Position numbers and translations under genes: made by a program | Assembly: GCA_016432445.1 (NCBI GenBank) | Contig: CP066689.1 | Span: forward strand, 1,071,690 to 1,103,689 | DNA length: 32,000 bases | Source: Candidatus Saccharimonadota bacterium | GTDB lineage: Bacteria; Patescibacteriota; Microgenomatia; UBA1406; GWC2-37-13 | Direction: 5' to 3' | Part shown: positions 30,501-32,000 of the stretch, in pieces | Layout: each line of letters opens with the position of its first letter | Position numbering within the stretch: the first letter of the stretch is position 1 | The notes under the pieces: model-generated | What the model was told of the DNA's origin: nothing | The model's database searches: none | Seen by the model: the letters and a program-made list of their open reading frames with translations, nothing else

Positions 30501-32000
30501 GTAAAGGCTTATGACAATGTTAAAGGTATGCGTCTAGAAAGCACTAACGCTACCGTGTTGGAGTTCTATACTGCAGCTACTGGCAATAACAGAAACTGGA
30601 TGTTGGCAACAAACTATAATATCGCAGGCGATTTATCTTTTGTCCGCGGTACCACCAACAGCGACGCCCCCTCCACTACAGCTATGATTATCGACAGAAA
30701 CGGCAACGTCGGTATTGGCACGGCCAACCCACTCGGATCTTTACATGTTGGATCAACATCTTTCTTTGTCGCGACAAATGGCAACGTCGGCATCGGGACA
30801 ACGGGGCCAGTTAGAAAACTTGATGTCACTTCAGGAGGGGTTAGAACTGATTTAGCAAGCGGTTTAACCCTATCCAACACTTTTAGTAGCGGTAATAATG
30901 TTACTTATCTCTATGATAATGGTGGAGCTGGTACCTTTACTATTGCTACTACAATACACAGCGATAGTAATGGGAACAGCATGCCAATTACTTTCAGATT
31001 ATCCAACCCAACAGATGGCAGATTTGAGGCTATGCGAATTTCGAATACTGGCAACGTCGGCATCGGGACAACAGATCCATCTTCATTCAAACTTGAGATT
31101 GCTGGAGATGTGGGGCCTTCTGCAGACAATACTTACGATCTAGGCTCAACTGCAAAATCATGGCAGGATCTTTATCTTACAGGTAATCTTTGCTTTGATG
31201 ATACTGATTGTATAAATGGTTCATCTGTAGGCGGAGGCTGGCAAGATCTTGGAACCGCTGTCGCTTTAATTACTCAAACTGACAACGTTTATCCCAGCGC
31301 AGCAAGCAATCCTTCACTATCTGTTAATTCAAATAATTTTAATAACCCGAGAGTTGGCATTGGTGCAAACGGGGCAAGCATAGTTGGGCATGAAGGTGCT
31401 ATTTTTGTTTTAGCAGGTATTGGCACAGCTGCTGGAACCCAGAATAACGCTATTGAAATGCAGGTAGACGGGACTGATTTAGACGCTGGGACATCCCTAG
31501 AATTTCTTGGTGGTTCAAACCGCGTTGCAAGAATAAACGGTATGTTAGATGGTGCAATCAATTCAGGATATCTAACATTTAGCACAAATAATGCAGGTGC
31601 TGGGCTTACGGAGCGAATGAGAATATCAAAAGAGGGCAACGTCGGCATAGGCACCACTTCTCCATTCGGCATGCTTCAAGTTGGTGCCACCTCAACTCCA
31701 TACACTCCAAACTTCTTCGTCTCAGCCTCAGCCAATGGTAACGTCGGCATAGGGACTACTAATCCAATGGCAGGACTACAAATCAGCAAGGCAAACGCAG
31801 ACTATAAAGGTCAACTGGTACTGGTTGATCCTGACAATAACGGTGATACAAATGCAGCCATAACTGCTATTTCCGGTTATGGAAAAGATCTAGCTAATGG
31901 CAACAGTACTGGTCGGATGTGGTATCTGGGAAGCACTGGCGGCTCAGATAAAAAAATATACTTATACAATCACCTAGCCGATGATTTACTTCTTGGCACA
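27504..32000 (+). CDS. Fibre gene, segment 3 (partial, runs off the window): GNVGIGTT-repeat fibre
   Basis: It is not in the ORF track because it has no stop in the window. I translated the frame with codon starts divisible by 3 in three stretches: 27504 to about 27900, spot checks near 28623, and 30351 to 32000. No stop was found in those stretches. It reads QPGDKLHVNNGNIRITGTVDTITTPLDS...RIDSAGNVGIGTTSPFGMLQVGA... The first in-frame ATG is at 27654. I counted about 16 GNVGIGTT-type motifs. The frame is -1 relative to segment 2. Confidence 0.75.
28581..29330 (+). repeat. Intragenic cassette D, copy 2 (750 bp), reading frame intact
   Basis: Reads continuously as ...IYIKNNVNFSGTDAFTVGSAQITNALPTQFTSSGDVSIAYDLNFTNPTASYIKSQAPFYIQSGESFASSDLTLATYNSGDLMMDIGGTGTGTGTIKFYD... 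Confidence 0.9.
31050..31286 (+). repeat. Intragenic cassette B, copy 3
   Basis: Same 237-bp module, in segment 3. Confidence 0.9.
31635..32000 (+). repeat. Intragenic cassette C, copy 2 (truncated by the window end)
   Basis: By-eye alignment to 26461-26826 shows very few differences. Confidence 0.9.

Noticed and set aside
16841-31143. Short plus-strand alternative-frame ORFs (16841..17032, 19346..19534, 23078..23263, 24875..25063, 25910..26140, 27787..28032, 29155..29361, 30898..31143).
   Set aside because: They are out-of-frame overlaps with the fibre coding frames. 16841 and 29155 are near-identical only because they sit in cassette D copies.
13777-31672. About 20 minus-strand ORFs of 61-127 aa from the track, many containing VVPMPTLP or similar (e.g. 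13777..14094, 18951..19310, 21930..22214, 27995..28315, 31289..31672).
   Set aside because: They are the reverse-complement reading of the plus-strand repeat. ggcaacgtcggcattgggacaac read backwards gives V-V-P-M-P-T-L-P. They lie entirely inside the long plus-strand fibre ORFs and recur only because the sense repeat recurs.

Overview
AT-rich bacterial window dominated by cell-surface genes. My guess is a Candidate Phyla Radiation/Patescibacteria-like genome; this is inference from style only. No rRNA, tRNA, CRISPR array, transposase or reverse transcriptase was recognised.

Gene order, left to right:
- a partial PaaX-like regulator (-)
- a three-gene secreted/membrane-anchored surface operon (829-4234)
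- a small Ig-like membrane protein (-)
- a stand-alone integrase-SAM-like (core-binding) domain protein (5403-5948)
- a NYN/LabA-like nuclease gene (6391-7032)
- a membrane-anchored DUF2341 + 7x LamG giant protein (to 12789)
- more than 19 kb of GNVGIGTT-repeat fibre coding sequence running off the window end

The fibre sequence is read in three successive frames (12899-16540, 16480/16648-27543, 27504->32000). Each frame is -1 relative to the previous one. Both breaks sit at the edges of long near-identical intragenic cassettes. Only the first piece has a membrane anchor.

The second main observation is a dense population of small DNA/RNA structural elements:
- A modular array of about 5 hairpins occurs three times (6126-6180, 7169-7311, 12796-12891). 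Its flanks are conserved and the stem sequences differ between copies while keeping their pairing. Two copies sit directly upstream of the giant genes, and the last hairpin contains the only clear Shine-Dalgarno-like AGGAG seen in the window.
- Palindromes are embedded inside coding sequences.
- Tandem heptanucleotide arrays (TNTCAAA, GATTCAN, NANATCN) make up most of the cytoplasmic linker of the fibre gene.

Almost all minus-strand ORFs between 13.7 and 31.7 kb are antisense mirror images of the GNVGIGTT repeat.
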